NCBI RefSeq assembly: GCF_004010195.1
Contig: NC_057720.1
Span: 11,363,370-11,427,369 of the forward strand
Length of the DNA: 64,000 nucleotides
Source: Chiloscyllium plagiosum
Taxonomy: Eukaryota
Reading direction: 5' to 3'
Program-made: the position numbers and the translations under genes
The notes under the pieces: generated by a model
Seen by the model: only the letters and a program-made list of their open reading frames with translations
Told to the model about the DNA's origin: nothing
The model's database searches: none
Part shown: positions 24,981 to 38,002 of the stretch, in pieces
Layout: every line of letters starts with the position of its first letter
How positions within the stretch are numbered: the stretch's first letter is position 1

Positions 24981-25690
24981 TACAACCAAAGCCTCTGCTA
25001 GTTCCTCAGCCACCTCCCTCAGAATTCTAGGCTGCAGCCCATCAGGGCCAGGAGATTTATCAGCTTTTAGACCTTTTAGCTTATCTAGCACTTTCTCTTT
25101 TGTAATGGCTACCATACTCAACTCTGCCCCCTGACTCTCCTTAATTGTTGGGATATTAGAAATGTCTTCCACTGTGAAGACTGATGCAAAGTCAGTTCTT
25201 CAGCAATTTCCTTATCTCCCAGCACTAGCCTTCCTGTATCAATTTGGAGCAGCCCAATGTCTACATTTACCTCTTGTTTGTTTCTTATGTATTAAAAGAA
25301 ACTTTTACTATCATTTCTAATGTTACTGGCTAGCCTACCTTCATATGTGATCCTCTCCTTCTTTACTTCTCTCTTTGTTATCCTCTGTTTGTTTTTGCAG
25401 CCTTCCCAATCTTCTGATTTCCCAATGCTGTTGGCCACTTTATAGGCTCTCTCTTTTTCTTTGACACATTTCCTGACTTCCTTTGTCAGCCATGGCTGTC
25501 TAATCCACCCCCACCCCACTCTGGATAATCGTTCTTTTCTTTGGGATGAACCTCTGTATTGTGTCCTTGATTACACCCAGAAAACCCTGCCATTGTTACT
25601 CTACTGTCTTCCCCACTAGGCTCTGCTTCCAGTCAATTTTTGTCACTTCCTCTCTCATACCCTTGTAATTACTTTTATTTAACTAGAACA
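24981..25690 (-). mobile_element. Continuation of the 19600-21095 CR1 (linker region)
   Basis: KLKGLKADKSPGPDGLQPRILREVAEE and PWLTKEV; collinear with 21095. Confidence 0.88.
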
Positions 25691-25719
25691 CTATCATCAT
25701 TATAATTATTTCTATCAGG

Positions 25720-26110
25720 CAAATCCTCAGTCACTGATGGTCTAGCAAAAACAATCCAGGTTTGTCTAATCTCTCCTCATAGCTAATATACTCCAATCCA
25801 GGCAACACCCTGAAAAACCTCTTTTGCACCCTCTCCAAAGCTTCTACATCCTTCCCATAGTGTGGCAAACAGAACTGGGCACAGTAATCCAAATGAGGCC
25901 TAACCAAAGTTCTATAAAGCTGCAACATGATTTGTCAACATTTATACTCAATACCCTGACTGATGGCAAGCATGGCGTATGCCTTCTTTACCATCTTACC
26001 CACTTGTGTGGCCACTTTCAGGGAGCTATGGACTTGAACCCAAAATCCCTCAGTATATCAATGCTCCAAAGGGTCCTGCCATTTACTGTATACTTGTTTT
26101 TGACCTCCCA
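25720..26110 (-). mobile_element. CR1 fragment
   Basis: MLQLYRTLVRPHLDYCAQF. Confidence 0.85.
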
Positions 26111-26129
26111 TTACGCTTAAGTCCATTTA

Positions 26130-26550
26130 AAGTTTAGTTGCTGTTGTAAAGTTGCATACAGAGCCAAGTTCTGCACAGCAAGATCCCACAAAGAGCTATG
26201 TGACAATGAGCTTTTTTTGTGTTATTGAGTTAGAGTGTAACTGAGATACAAATACATGGAAATGAACTTGTTGCGACTCGATTATGAGATTCTGAAAGCA
26301 TCATCTAAGTCCTGAGGCCTACAAGCAAGTGGGATTTTCCTCAGTATTGCGGGATTTGATTTTCTCACTGGCCATTATTCTCAATGCAACCAGAGGACAG
26401 TTGCACCTGAGTGTCCACACACACACACACACATACAAGGCAGAATGGCAACTCTCCATTGAGACTATGCTGAACTATCAGCTGGGATTCTACAGTCTGG
26501 ACTTAATATAAACCTCTAAGTTTCTGAGTCAGGCCTGATAGTTTCCAATG
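26130..26550 (-). mobile_element. Old DeuSINE (SacSINE1-like)
   Basis: Reverse complement of the Deu core, e.g. GCACAGCAAGATCCCACAAA. Confidence 0.55.
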
Positions 26551-26827
26551 ACATTGAATGAACTATCACTACAATTGGCAATTCAACTGAGGGATCTTCA
26601 CATGATAGTACCCGTGAAAGTGCCCTTTAATCCATTTCCATTCCATTCCACTCCATTCCAAACATTAAAACTCAAAACATTAACTCTGTTTCTCTCTCCA
26701 TAGATGCTGCCAGATCTGCTGAGTTTTTCCAATGTTATGTTTTCATTTCCTTCAATCTATTTATTTCAAGCCTCAAATTTGCTCTGTATTTGATGTATGA
26801 ACATGTTTTCCACTTTCTGGAAAGGAC

Positions 26828-27450
26828 TATGACAATAGAATGTCTTTAAGAGTTGTATTTTATTCTGGTTTGTTTTTGAAGAGTGGTTTTAAGGCAGCGG
26901 TAATGAGCTGTCTATTTGATTCCAATAAAGTAACCAGCTTGGGAGGCCTTGTGGTTTTTTTTAAAGCAGGAACAATAGAAGCAATCTGAATGGGTGGTGG
27001 CAAGCTCCCACAGAACCAGAATCTTATTTTTAGCTTCTCAGCTACTGCTAGAGTCTTGAAGCTGGATGTGAAAGCTATTTTTCCTCACTCTGTTACTCTC
27101 TTCTCCTCCTGCTGCTGGAGTTGCAGTTGAGACAAGCTATTTTACTGAATTCACCTTTGCCAAGGATGTGTTTATGGGACGTTACTATATTGGAACAGAT
27201 ACTGTTTAGTAGTAAAATAATCTGTAACTCTGTTAAGTTGTTCAATTGAGTTTGTTATTCCAATTTATTCTTTCCTTTCTTGTATTTATCTGTAGTGTAT
27301 GAATAAATTGAGTTTTTCTTCAAATATGGTCGTTTGTCCAATGGAATTGCATCCAGAACATAATGCCGGGCACTTATCTTTAAAATAAGAAAACATTATG
27401 GTCTAGACTATTTTCTGAATATTTTGAAGGGGTTTGGTCTGGTCCATTAC
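26828..27450 (+). mobile_element. Probable solo LTR (Gypsy-type)
   Basis: About 620 bp; AATAAA at 27302; ends GGTCTGGTCCATTAC resembling a ...CATAACA terminus; termini degenerate. Confidence 0.45.
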
Positions 27451-27844
27451 TGGAATAATGAAACTTATTTTGGATTTCGGCAGCCCTGGTTCCCTTCTGT
27501 GTGATTCAGACATGAGGAGGGACTTGCCACTTGTGGCCCAGTCCCATTGTCTCTGACCTATCATTGAAGGAAGAGCTTTCAGCCAAGTCCACGGTCTCTC
27601 TTTTATCTTGCTCCATCTTTAAGAATCTCTTTAAGAGCACCAACATTCATTATGCTTCTTGAAGTTCCTTTAATAATCCTCTGTTCTTAGCTTGGCATCC
27701 ATTCCCTTGATATTTCCTTGTGCTGTTCATTTCAAGGTGTCACACAAAAGCAAGTTGGTATTCATCAACCAGATGGGCTCAAAGATTTGTTTGCTCATAC
27801 AATGTATCACTGGCTAGATCAACCTTCATTGTGTCATGTCACCA

Positions 27845-28060
27845 TAATCTTACCAGACCATAGGGGCTGCTCTCCCATTAGAGAGAAGTGACTGATGGTG
27901 ATTTCACCTGATGGTCACCAGATCTCAGGCAAGGGAAGACATTGAGAAGGACAGTCCTTCTTGGTAATTTCAAATGGGTGATGGGCATTGAACCCACACT
28001 GTTAGTATCATACTGCTCTGGAAGACAAACGATTCAGCCAACTGAGCTAAACCTATTCCC
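27845..28060 (-). mobile_element. tRNA-derived SINE (same family as 43183-43380)
   Basis: Reverse head TTAGCTCAGTTGGCTG with B-box-like GGTTCAAT; shared body. Confidence 0.65.
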
Positions 28061-31000
28061 ATTTATTGCTTATCTCTAGTTACCCTGGAGAAAATGGTGA
28101 TGAGTCAATGTCTTGAACTGCTACAGATCCTCAGGCGTAGATTACACACTTTGTGCTGTGAGGGAGAGTACCAGCAATATAACTTCAAGTCAGAATTGAG
28201 TGCAGCTTGAGATGGAGCTTGATGTGGTGGTTCTCCAATGCACCTACTACCCTTCTTCTAAGCAATAGAGGTCATGCACTGGGAGATACTTTTGAAGAAG
28301 ACTTGATGAGATGTTGCAGTGCATTTTTTAAGTAGTACACACACCGCTGGCACTATGCTTCGGTGATAATGGGAGTGTACGTGGTGGATTGGATGCCAAT
28401 CACATGAGTTACTTGTTCATGACCTTGCATTCTTTGAACCTTGGTGGAGCGACTATTTTCCAGTAAAGTGGAGAATCTTCCATTGCACTCTTGACTTGTG
28501 CCTTTAGATGATGGGCAGGCTTTCGAGAGTAAGGAGGTAAGATACCAGCACAGAATTCCCAGAGCTGTTCCTATCGCTCCAGTATTTATATAGCTGGCCC
28601 AATTAACTATCTGCTCAGTGATAGTCTCCAGGTTGATAATGGTGGAGGAGTCAGTGTTAGGAATGCTGTTAAACATCAATGAGAGTTCATTCGATTCTTC
28701 CTAATTGAAGATGGTCATTGCTTGGCAACAGGCTGCTGTGAATATTATTTTCCATTTATCTGTCCAAATCTGAGTGTTGCCCAGATCTTGATGAATTGAT
28801 TATCTGAGGAGTTATGAATGGAACTGAACATTGTGAACTGATCTGCAAACATCACCATTTCTGGCCTTGAGTTTAAGGGAAGGTCATTGATGAAGCAAGT
28901 GAAGACAGTTGGGCCGAGAGCACGACTCTGATGAACTACTACAGCGATTTCCATGAATCATTTCCAACATTTGTCTTCGAACAAATGATTCACACGTTGA
29001 CTTCAGAAATGATTGACGTTCTTGTGATTCATTTTACTCCTCGAGTAAATTAAAAAAAACAACATTAATCTAACAATGACGTGCTCGCTGGTTCCGAAAT
29101 TAAGTTACTGCAGATTTATATTGGCAGTGTAGGCTCAAAGTTAATAACACATTGCAACGGAAACATTACTCTTTTTCAAATGTAACTAAAGTAATAAGAT
29201 TTGGCCATAGAGTTCTTGTCAAGAACCATCTACCAGGGACGTGCATTTGATAACAAATAGAACTGAGCTGATAGGATGGGCTTACACGTCCTTTGCATTA
29301 TGTTAATTTTTTTGAGAGTCAGCTTTTCTTTTCTTCTCTCAGGGAAGGTAGACATTATTGGCAAATCCACTATTTATTGGTCATTCCCCAGGGAGGGAGT
29401 AACGAATTTTTGACCCAGCAACACCGAAGAGACTCTGATGCGGTTTCAAATCAGTTGGGGTTGTGATTTGGAGGGAAATTTGCAATTGGTGGCATCCACA
29501 TGTCTGCTGCACTTGTCCTTTGAAGCAGTGAAGGTCATGGGCTTGGGAATGGCTGCCAAAGGAAGCTTGGCAGGTTGTTACTTGGAAACAATACACTGTA
29601 GCTTCAGTGTGTGTTGGTGGCAGAAGTAGTTAACGTTTAAGGTGGTGGATGTGTTGCTACTCAACTGGTTAGTTTTTTTCCTTATGAGTTCATAAGATAT
29701 AGGAGCAGAATTAGGCCATTTGGCCCATCAAGTCTGCTCCACCATTCCATCATGTTGGGTATGCTCCTCACGAGTGTGTGTCACTGGAAAAGCACAGCAG
29801 GTCAGGCAGCATCCGAGGAGTGGAAGAATCGGCATTTTGAGCATAAGCCCTTCATCAGATTCCTGATGAAGGGCTTATGCCCGAAACTTTGATTTTCCTG
29901 CTCCTCGGATGCTGCCTGACCTGTTGTGTTTTTCCAGCATCACACTCTCGACTCTGATCTCCAGCATCTGCAGTCCTTACTTTCTCCTGATATGCTCCTC
30001 ACCCCCATTTTCCTGCCTTCTCCCCAAAACCCTTCAACCCATTACCAATTAAAAATCTGTCTAACTCCTCCTTAAATTTACCCACTGTTCCAGCATCCAC
30101 TGCGGTTTGGGGTAGATTCCACAGATTCACAACCCTTTGGGAAAAGTAGTTTCCCCTCAACTTTATTTTAAATTTGCTATCCCTTATCCTAAAACTATGA
30201 CCCTCATTCTAGAATGCCCCACAAGAAGAAGCATCCCACTCCACATCTATTTTATCCACACCTTTAATCATCTTAAATGCCTCAATTTGATCTCCCCTCA
30301 TTCTTCTTTGGCTCAGAACTTCTTAAGTGCTGTTGGAGCTGCACTCATCCAAGCGAGAGGAGAACATTCCATCATACTCTTAAGTTGTGCCTTCGAGATA
30401 GTGGACAGGCTTTGGGAATTATGAAAGTGTTGTCACTCTCACAGAACATGGAGGTGCCATTCACCTGACAAAGGATCAGCACTCCAAAAGCTTGTGGTTT
30501 CAAATAAACCTGTTGGACTGTAACCTGGCGTCATGTGACTTCTTCTGACTCTCACAGAAAGCCAGTCTGTGAGCTGCCGATATAGGCACACTATATGACT
30601 GGCCCAGTTCGGTTTCTAGTCAATGGTAACCTTCAGAATGGTGATGGTGGGAGATTCAGCACTGGCTGGTAAAAGGGGAGCATTGATGATTAGATTGGCT
30701 TTTGCTGGAGATGGTTTTTGCCTGGCACTTGTGTGGTCTGAATCCTTGAATATTGTCCAGGTCATGCAGTGTGCTTGCTTCATGATCTACATAGCTGTAA
30801 ATAGATGTGAACACTATTCAGAAATCAGGAAATATCGTCTCTTCTGACCTTACAAGAAACAACTGAAGATGGTTGGCCTTGGGACACTGCCCTCAGGAAG
30901 CCTGGCTGTATCATCCTGAGTTCTGATTGTTGGCTTCCAATAACCACAGCCATTGTTCAGTTGGGGCGGCATGATGCCAACCATTGCAAAGGTTTTGCAT

Positions 31001-31250
31001 TGTTTCTCAGTGTCTTCCCATTGATCCCACATTAGCTTAAATGCTATCATCATATCAAGGGCAGTCGCTCTCATCTCGTTTCTTTTTTAACTCATGTTTG
31101 GATCAAGGCTGTTCTGCAGTCAAAAGCTGAGCCACTCTGGCAGAACCCAAACTGAGAGTTGGAGATGGTTGCTGAGTAAATGCTACTTCAACGCTTCCCA
31201 ACACTTTGTTGATGATTAGGAGTAGCCTGAAGGAGCAGTAACTGGTTATA
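28060..31250 (-). mobile_element. Cluster of old LINE fragments of a family distinct from the young CR1s (about 28060-28950, 29340-29670, 30310-31250)
   Basis: LGPTVFTCFINDLP...MFADQ and GSVPRPTIFSCF RT remnants; homologous to 39065-39975. Confidence 0.65.
29772..29990. mobile_element. Palindromic Penelope-derived mini-element inside a CR1 3' end (about 29690-30305, minus strand)
   Basis: Fold-back centred near 29860 (CTTCATCAG-ATTC-CTGATGAAG); TSD TATGCTCCTCAC at 29760-29771 and 29991-30002. Confidence 0.88.
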
Positions 31251-32205
31251 CTGGAAGAACATTACTTCGGTAATTCTGTATTTTGCTGCACCCCAGATTT
31301 CCTTCTCTGATATCTCCTGGGTCAAGGTGATGCACCTTCCAATCCCATTCCAGGGAATTAGGCGCAAATTCCTGGTAGTCAGTTCACTACAGCAACTGCA
31401 AGCATGCTGCTTTGACAGTATCTCAAGGCCCAGTTTTCCCCTGCAAATCCATGTGACAGCAGGATTTGACCAACAGCCGGGGAGTTCTGTGCAGTGTCCT
31501 GAACTAATGCAATTCCTCGAACAAAAACTGCAAATCACAGCAAACTTTCCAAAAACAGGGATTGTTTTAAACGCTAAGTATAAAGTGGGCACTGCCAGTG
31601 CGGGTGTGGATGTGGGTGGTCACTACTTTGAAAAGCACTGGTTATTTATATCAAATTAATGCAGCATAGCTTGTTGGCTGAGTAAATTGCAACTTTAACC
31701 ACAATCAAGCATTTCATAACCTTCAAATATATTAGAAACATAGAAAATAGGGGGAGGGATAGCAGAAAAATATCTCAGAAGCATTCCAGTATCTGTGCAC
31801 TAGCACTTGTATTTAGATAACATATTTAACTCAGTGACACTTCTCATGGGTGGGGTGGGGGGGGGGGGGGGGGACATGAAAATAGAGATTGGAATTAAAG
31901 ACAGAAATATCAATAAACAGGAGAAGGTTAAGGCCATTCAAAATGATCATGGCTGATCATCAAACACCATCTCCTGTTCCTGCTTTCTCCCCATACCCTT
32001 TGATCCCTTTAGCCCTAAAAATTAATGTTTTGGCCTCAACTGCTTTCTGTGGCAGAGAATTCCACAGGCTCCCCACTGTCGGGGTGAAGATCTTTCTCCT
32101 CTTCTCAGTCCGAAATGGCCTACTCTGTATCCTTGGATAATGACCCTTTTGTCTTTCTCTCCTATTTTTGTCACTCTACACAGAGTTCAGCAAGCTCAGC
32201 AAGTA

Positions 32206-32520
32206 GGGTGGCATGGTGGCTCAGTGGTTAGCACTGCTACCTCACAGCATCAGGCAGCTGTCTGTGTAGAGTTTGCACATAGTGTCTCCCTGTCTGTGTG
32301 GGTTTCCTCTGGATGTTCTGGTTTCCTCCCACAATCTAAATATGTGCTGGTTAGGTGAATTGGTCATCTAAATTGCCCATAGTGTAAAGGGATATGTAGG
32401 CTAGGGCATTAGTCAGGGATAAATGTAGGGGAATAGGTTTGGGTGGCTTACTCTTTGGAGGGTTGGTGTTGGGTTGAAGGGTCTGTTTCCACGCTGTAGG
32501 GATTCTACTCTATGATTCTC
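32206..32520 (+). mobile_element. HE1/V-SINE
   Basis: GGGTGGCATGGTGGCTCAGTGGTTAGCACTGCT head and GAGTTTGCACAT V-core. Confidence 0.88.
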
Positions 32521-32854
32521 TGAAGTTCGTTTTGGCAAGGCCATTGTCATAAGGATCCCACTATGGAGTAGCTGCACCATTCGGTCTGTCAGAACCATGC
32601 TTCCCCATTGATTTAATTACATTGGTGGACTTGCAGCATCCCATGATTTGATGGCAAAAACATGAAGTGGGATAACATAAATATTTCCACAGCTTGTGAA
32701 ATTTTTTTCTTCACTAACCATCCTTTTGATACAAACATAATCCTTGAATCACTTGTTGAGGCATGCATTCAAAATGTTAAATATGGACATTTTCAGAGGC
32801 ATGTATTAATCTCAGATGAACAAGTGCCACTCTAAAAGGTTTCATTCTTTATGC

Positions 32855-33010
32855 AGAGGCAAAAGAACTGCAGATACTGGGATCCAAACTACACAGGCAG
32901 GAGGCTGGAAGGACACAGCAAGCCAGGCAGCACCAGGAGGTGCAGAGTACGCCCGAAACATTGACTTCTCTACTTCCTGATGCTGCCCAGCTTCCTGTGT
33001 TCTTCCAGAC
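32855..33010. mobile_element. Palindromic Penelope-derived mini-element, core deleted
   Basis: Inverted arms; CCCGAAAC remnant; same family as 40574-40760. Confidence 0.7.
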
Positions 33011-34965
33011 ACATTCTTCCTGTAGGCCACCAAGTCAGCTATTCCGCACATAATCTTTAACCTCATTCCATCTTCATCCATCCAGCTGTCATCATGATTA
33101 GGTGCAAAACCCTTTCAGAAAACTTGATGTTCAGCTAGTTTCTATACTTTAAAATTCTGTAACCATGCAGTTTCATATGACTGTGAATCTTGTCTTTTGA
33201 GTTCTGTTGGTTTTTATTAGAATCTTGTTCACTCATTCCCAACACTGCCCCTGTTTGGTGTACCAAAATGCAGTACCTCACAATTATCCAGATTGAACTC
33301 CATCTGCCATATTTCAGCCCATTGACCCATTTGAACAAGATCTCTTTGCAATCTTAGAAAACCTCCTTCACTGTCTTTTGCCACCATCTCTCTCAACCTT
33401 TCTTCATAATAAAAATCAGGACAAAATGCACCTTTAAAACCAGAGCATCATTAAAACACTCTCATACCCAGCTTGGAAATAACAGATACAAGCTTTTGTG
33501 ATTGCCGTATTGATATTAGCATCAAGTGATAGATAGCTGGTGATTGTGGAATCCAGCCATGTCTGCAATCTCCAGGGTCACATTTTCAATGCTGATATAT
33601 GGTAATATTCTGGCCAATGGTATTTGTCTTCCCGTTGCTGCTGATCTCTCCCACTGTATAAGCGTAAGAGAGTGTTTTTTATCAGTTTTTTCACAAATAA
33701 TGAATTCCCTTGCAGCACAATTATTTGACAAGTTAGTAAATGCTACAGAATTTAGCTTGAACGTAGTCGATTTACATTCATTTTGCTTGAGCTCTCATTT
33801 GCTTTAATCACTCAGCAGGCAGTGAGTGGTCTGATCCATGCCTTAAACTCCCATGTATTGTCTTTACAACATGATGAGCAAGGAATATACTTGCAGAGGG
33901 GTTTTGCTTGTGATTAGAATTGACTTGCTTGTAACAAACACTAGTTCTTGTAAGTACAGAAACCTGGTCAGTGTTTTTTGTGAACTTGGTTCCATCAGAC
34001 AAGTAAATTGGACATTTTCTGAGCTTTCATTACATATTTAGTCGTGTTATTATCCTGGGGAAAGCGGGGGCTGAGAATCAGTGCACTGTCCAACATGGAT
34101 CATTACAAAAGAGATATTTGAATTTCCAGTTATTAGCTGAAAGGATATGTCTCGATTTCATATTTTAAAAGAACTTTAACTATAACAATGTTTAAAGTTA
34201 GAAGCCATTATATTTGCAACAAACTGCATATCAGGGATGAGAAAGAATTTCTTCTCTCAGAGAGTTGTGAGTCTTTGGAGTTCTTGCCACAGAGAGCTGT
34301 GGTGGCAGAGTCCTTGTGTATGTTTAAGGCTGAGATAGATAGGATCATAGAAGAATCATCATAGAATCCCTATCGTGTGGAAGCAGGTCATTCAGCCCAT
34401 CGAGTCCACACTGATCTTCCAAAGAGCATCCCCTCAGTCCAAATATGACGTTATAAAGCTACACTCTACCCTCCAGTGCAATGTATCTGCCAAATAAAGG
34501 ATAACGCACTGAACGTCAGGTTAGGTCTGGCCAGGATTTTGTGCAGCTGAAGCACCAAATCTAGGAACAAGGTTAGGCCATTCAGCCCATTAAGCTAGTC
34601 ATATGATCAAGGCTGTTCCTCGATTTCAATACCATATTCCTGCTTTCTCCCAATACCTCATGCATTTAGAATCTAAAATTTATGTCTTGCTTTATTCAGA
34701 GCATCTTCCAAAGAAGAGTTATTTTGGGTTTGATATTGATCACTCTTTTTTCCTTCCACAGGTGCTGCCAAAATTTCTCCAGCACTTTTGGTTTTATTTC
34801 ATACCTGCAGAATCCACAGTGTATTACTTTTAATAATCTAAATGCCTGGGCCTCTAAATCTCTCTGGACTCAATTTATTTGTTGATAGTGCACAGAATCT
34901 CTTCTTTACACTCTCTCAATGTCTTTTAGGACCCCCCACTTTATGACAGACAAAATGCATTCAAT

Positions 34966-35060
34966 CCATTACTGATGAAGGGCTTTTGCCGGAAACATTG
35001 ATTTTCCTGCTCTTCGGATGCTGCCTGACCTGCTGTGCTTCTCCAGCACCACTCTGATCT
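34966..35060 (+). mobile_element. 95-bp Penelope terminal fragment with hammerhead-like core
   Basis: CTGATGAAGGGCTTTTGCCGGAAAC; TSD AAAATGCA(T/C)TCAAT at 34952-34965 and 35061-35074. Confidence 0.82.
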
Positions 35061-35090
35061 AAAATGCACTCAATAACCAGTATTGTATAT

Positions 35091-35445
35091 TGGGGAGGTG
35101 ATGGCCTGATGGCATCATCGCTAGACTCTTAACTCAGAAACTCAAATAGTGTTCTGGGATCCTGGTTCAAATTTAAATTCAGCTGGAGTTAAGAATCTAC
35201 TGATGACCATAAAACCATTGCCGATTGTAGGGTAAACCCATCTGGTTAACTAATGCCCTTTATGGAAGGAAATCTGCCAACCTTACCTGGTCTGGCCTAC
35301 ATGTGACTCCACACCCCTTAGCAAAGTGGTTGACTCTCAAATGTCCTCTGAAATGGCCTGGCAAGCCATTCAGTTCAAGGTTAGCTAGGGACGGGCAATA
35401 AATGCTGGCCAGCCAGTGATGCTCATGTCCCAACAGTGAATATTT
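35091..35445 (+). mobile_element. tRNA-derived SINE, GGGCAATAAATGCTGGCC-tail family
   Basis: Core CCATCTGGTT.ACTAATG...CCTACATGTGACTCC; further copies at about 42040-42380 (-), 53914-54230 (+), 58330-58630 (-), 61475-61870 (+). Confidence 0.8.
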
Positions 35446-35989
35446 AAAAAATGTCAGGAAATGCAGCAGGTTAAATCTCTCAAACATCAGCAATAACCAA
35501 TGGTGTATAAGATAATCTGTATTTTTTTGTTCGTGTTTCTGCAAATGTTCAGCATATAAATCAACTCTCCCTCCACCTACAAAATGCTGTCCTCACATTA
35601 GTAATCAGCCTTAATTTTTCATATATGTATAACTTGCCTTGTAAATGTAAACTGGCATATGAGATCAAACAAGAATCACAGTGTGTCACAAATAAATAAA
35701 TTCTCATCACAGCTATGAACTGTCAAAATATGGCTCTACTCAATAAAACTCTACCATCTTTTTGAAAGCCCCAAATATTCACGCTTACAAACACAGGCAA
35801 GCAACAAAAAAATAGGTTTTATAAGTGTGGGGAAAAAGAAACTATTCAATAGCATCAGTCCACCAGAATTCACTGAAATGATCCTTCCAGTTTCCTGGAC
35901 TTTCTGTTCTTTAGTCTCTTGTATTTTGGTTCCTTCGCTCCTTTATAGGAGGCAGAGGGTGATGAGCACACTAACTGCAATGTCTCTTG

Positions 35990-37160
35990 GTTAAGATTAA
36001 AGTTCATGGGATTGGGGGAGGTGTAATGAGATAGATAGCAAGCTGTTTGGTAGAGAGGAAACAACGAGTAGGTCCTTTTCAAATTTGCAGGCAGTAACTA
36101 GTGGGGTGCCACAAGGATTACTGCTGGGACCCCAGCTGTTCTCAAGATATATTAATGATTTGGATGAGAGAACACAATGTAACATCTCAAAGTTTGCAGA
36201 TGAAACCAAGTTGGGTGGGAGGGTGAACTGTGATGGGGATGCAGAGACGGCACGGTGGCTCAGTGGCTAGCACTGCTGCCTCGTGGCACCAGGGACCCAG
36301 GTTCGATTCTAGCCTCGGGTGACTATCTGTGTGGAATTTGCATATTCCCTCTGTGTCTGTGTGGGTTTAGACCAGGTGCTCCAGTTTCCTCCCACAGTCC
36401 AAAGATGTGCAGGTTAGGTGCATTGGCCGTGCTAAATTGCCCAAAATGTTCTGGGATGTGTAGGTTAGGTGCATTAGTCAGGAGTAAATGTAGGGTAATA
36501 GGGAAATGGGTCTGGGTGGGGTACTCTTCAGAGGGGTACTGTGGACTTGTTGGGCTGAAGGGCCGTTTCCATGATCCTTCAGCATGATCTGGACAGTTTG
36601 GGTGAGTGGGCAAACCAATGGCAGATGCAGTATAATTGGGTAACTGTGAGGCTATTAACTTTGGAAGCAAAAACAAGATGGCAGTTTTCTATCTGAATGG
36701 CTATAGATTGGGAGAGGGGAGTGTTGTAGTGGGACCTGGGTGTCCTTGTGCACCAGTAGCTGAAGGTAAGCACTCAGGTGCAGCAGGTGGTAAAGAAGGC
36801 AAATGGGATGTTGGTCTTCACTGTGAGAGGTTTTGAGTACAGGAGTAGGGATGTGTTGTTGCAGTTATACAGGGTCTTGGTGAGTCCACATGTAGATTAC
36901 TGTGTGCAGTTTTGGCCTCCTTTTCTGAGGAAGGATGCTCTTGCTCTCGAGGGAGTACAGTGAAGGTTTCCCAGGCTGATTCCAGGGATGGTGGGACTGA
37001 TGTTTGAGGAGATGGTTATGGGAGGAAAGCAGGATCAGGCTATTGAGCAAGGCAATCAGCCATGATAGTAATGAATGGCAGAGCAGGCTTGAAGGGCCGA
37101 ACGGCCTCCTCCTGCTCCTAGCTTCTATGTTTCTATGTTTTTTTCTATGTTTTCTATGTT
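35990..37160 (+). mobile_element. 5'-truncated CR1 with an HE1 SINE inserted at about 36248-36570
   Basis: GVPQGLLLGP, KFADETK; (TTCTATGT)n tail; SINE head CGGCACGGTGGCTCAGTGG. Confidence 0.9.
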
Positions 37161-38002
37161 AAGGGCAGCAGCTTACACCAACTGATGGGAGAAAACAACA
37201 GGCTTTCTTTCAGCTTCAGAGGGAGACACACCACTGCCCTTTCATGCACCCTGAATGCTTTTCTCCCTGTACCATTCACACCCACAAGATGATCAGCAAG
37301 AATGAATCAGAGCGTTGTGTTCAGGTTGCTGATTGTCATTATCCACAACGGGTCACAATTGCACAAACCAATCAGCTTCCTGTTGCTGGCCAAATAACAC
37401 CCTGCATACACACCCCCTGATGCCAGCCAGCCAATAATCGACTTCCCCATCATTTGAACAAAGCAGCAGTGTAAATACCAAACACATTGAACATTTTCAA
37501 AGTACAACAAATCCCTCCTCCATCCTTCACTTTTGAAATAGCCCTTTTCAGTCCACAATCAAAAATACAGAAAATAAAATGATATGGGGATTTTTACTCT
37601 TTAAAACTGTCTTCGTGGGGACCCAAATGCTATTGCCCTGTAGAGCAGTCAGAGCAGTTTTTGTCAAAAGGCAAAGCTTTGAGAAGTTGCTTTAAAAAAA
37701 AATGACAGGCAAGTTAAAGAAATGCACAGGGAAATTGGACCTGTTGTTTTGAGATAGGATTGCTACTGCAACAGCACACTGTGAGCAGAGTAAAACCAAC
37801 CTATCTTGCAATGGTATAATCTGATTCCTAATGTGAAGAAGCTGAAAGAGTTTAAAAGCATTGCAGATGTAATGTTGAAATGGCTCCGTTTCCCATGTTT
37901 CAAAGAGCTTCCATAATGAGGTCCTTTGGGAGATGTGCCATATTAGCTGACATCTAAGGTCAGTGATAATGCAAACATGAATATTGTAGGTTGTTGGAGA
38001 CA

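Noticed and set aside
31188..31659. Overlapping 134-aa and 110-aa ORFs on opposite strands
   Set aside because: No recognisable motifs or convincing splice sites; length compatible with chance
31850..31873. Poly-G run as a functional G-quadruplex
   Set aside because: Simple homopolymer with no supporting context and prone to sequencing error
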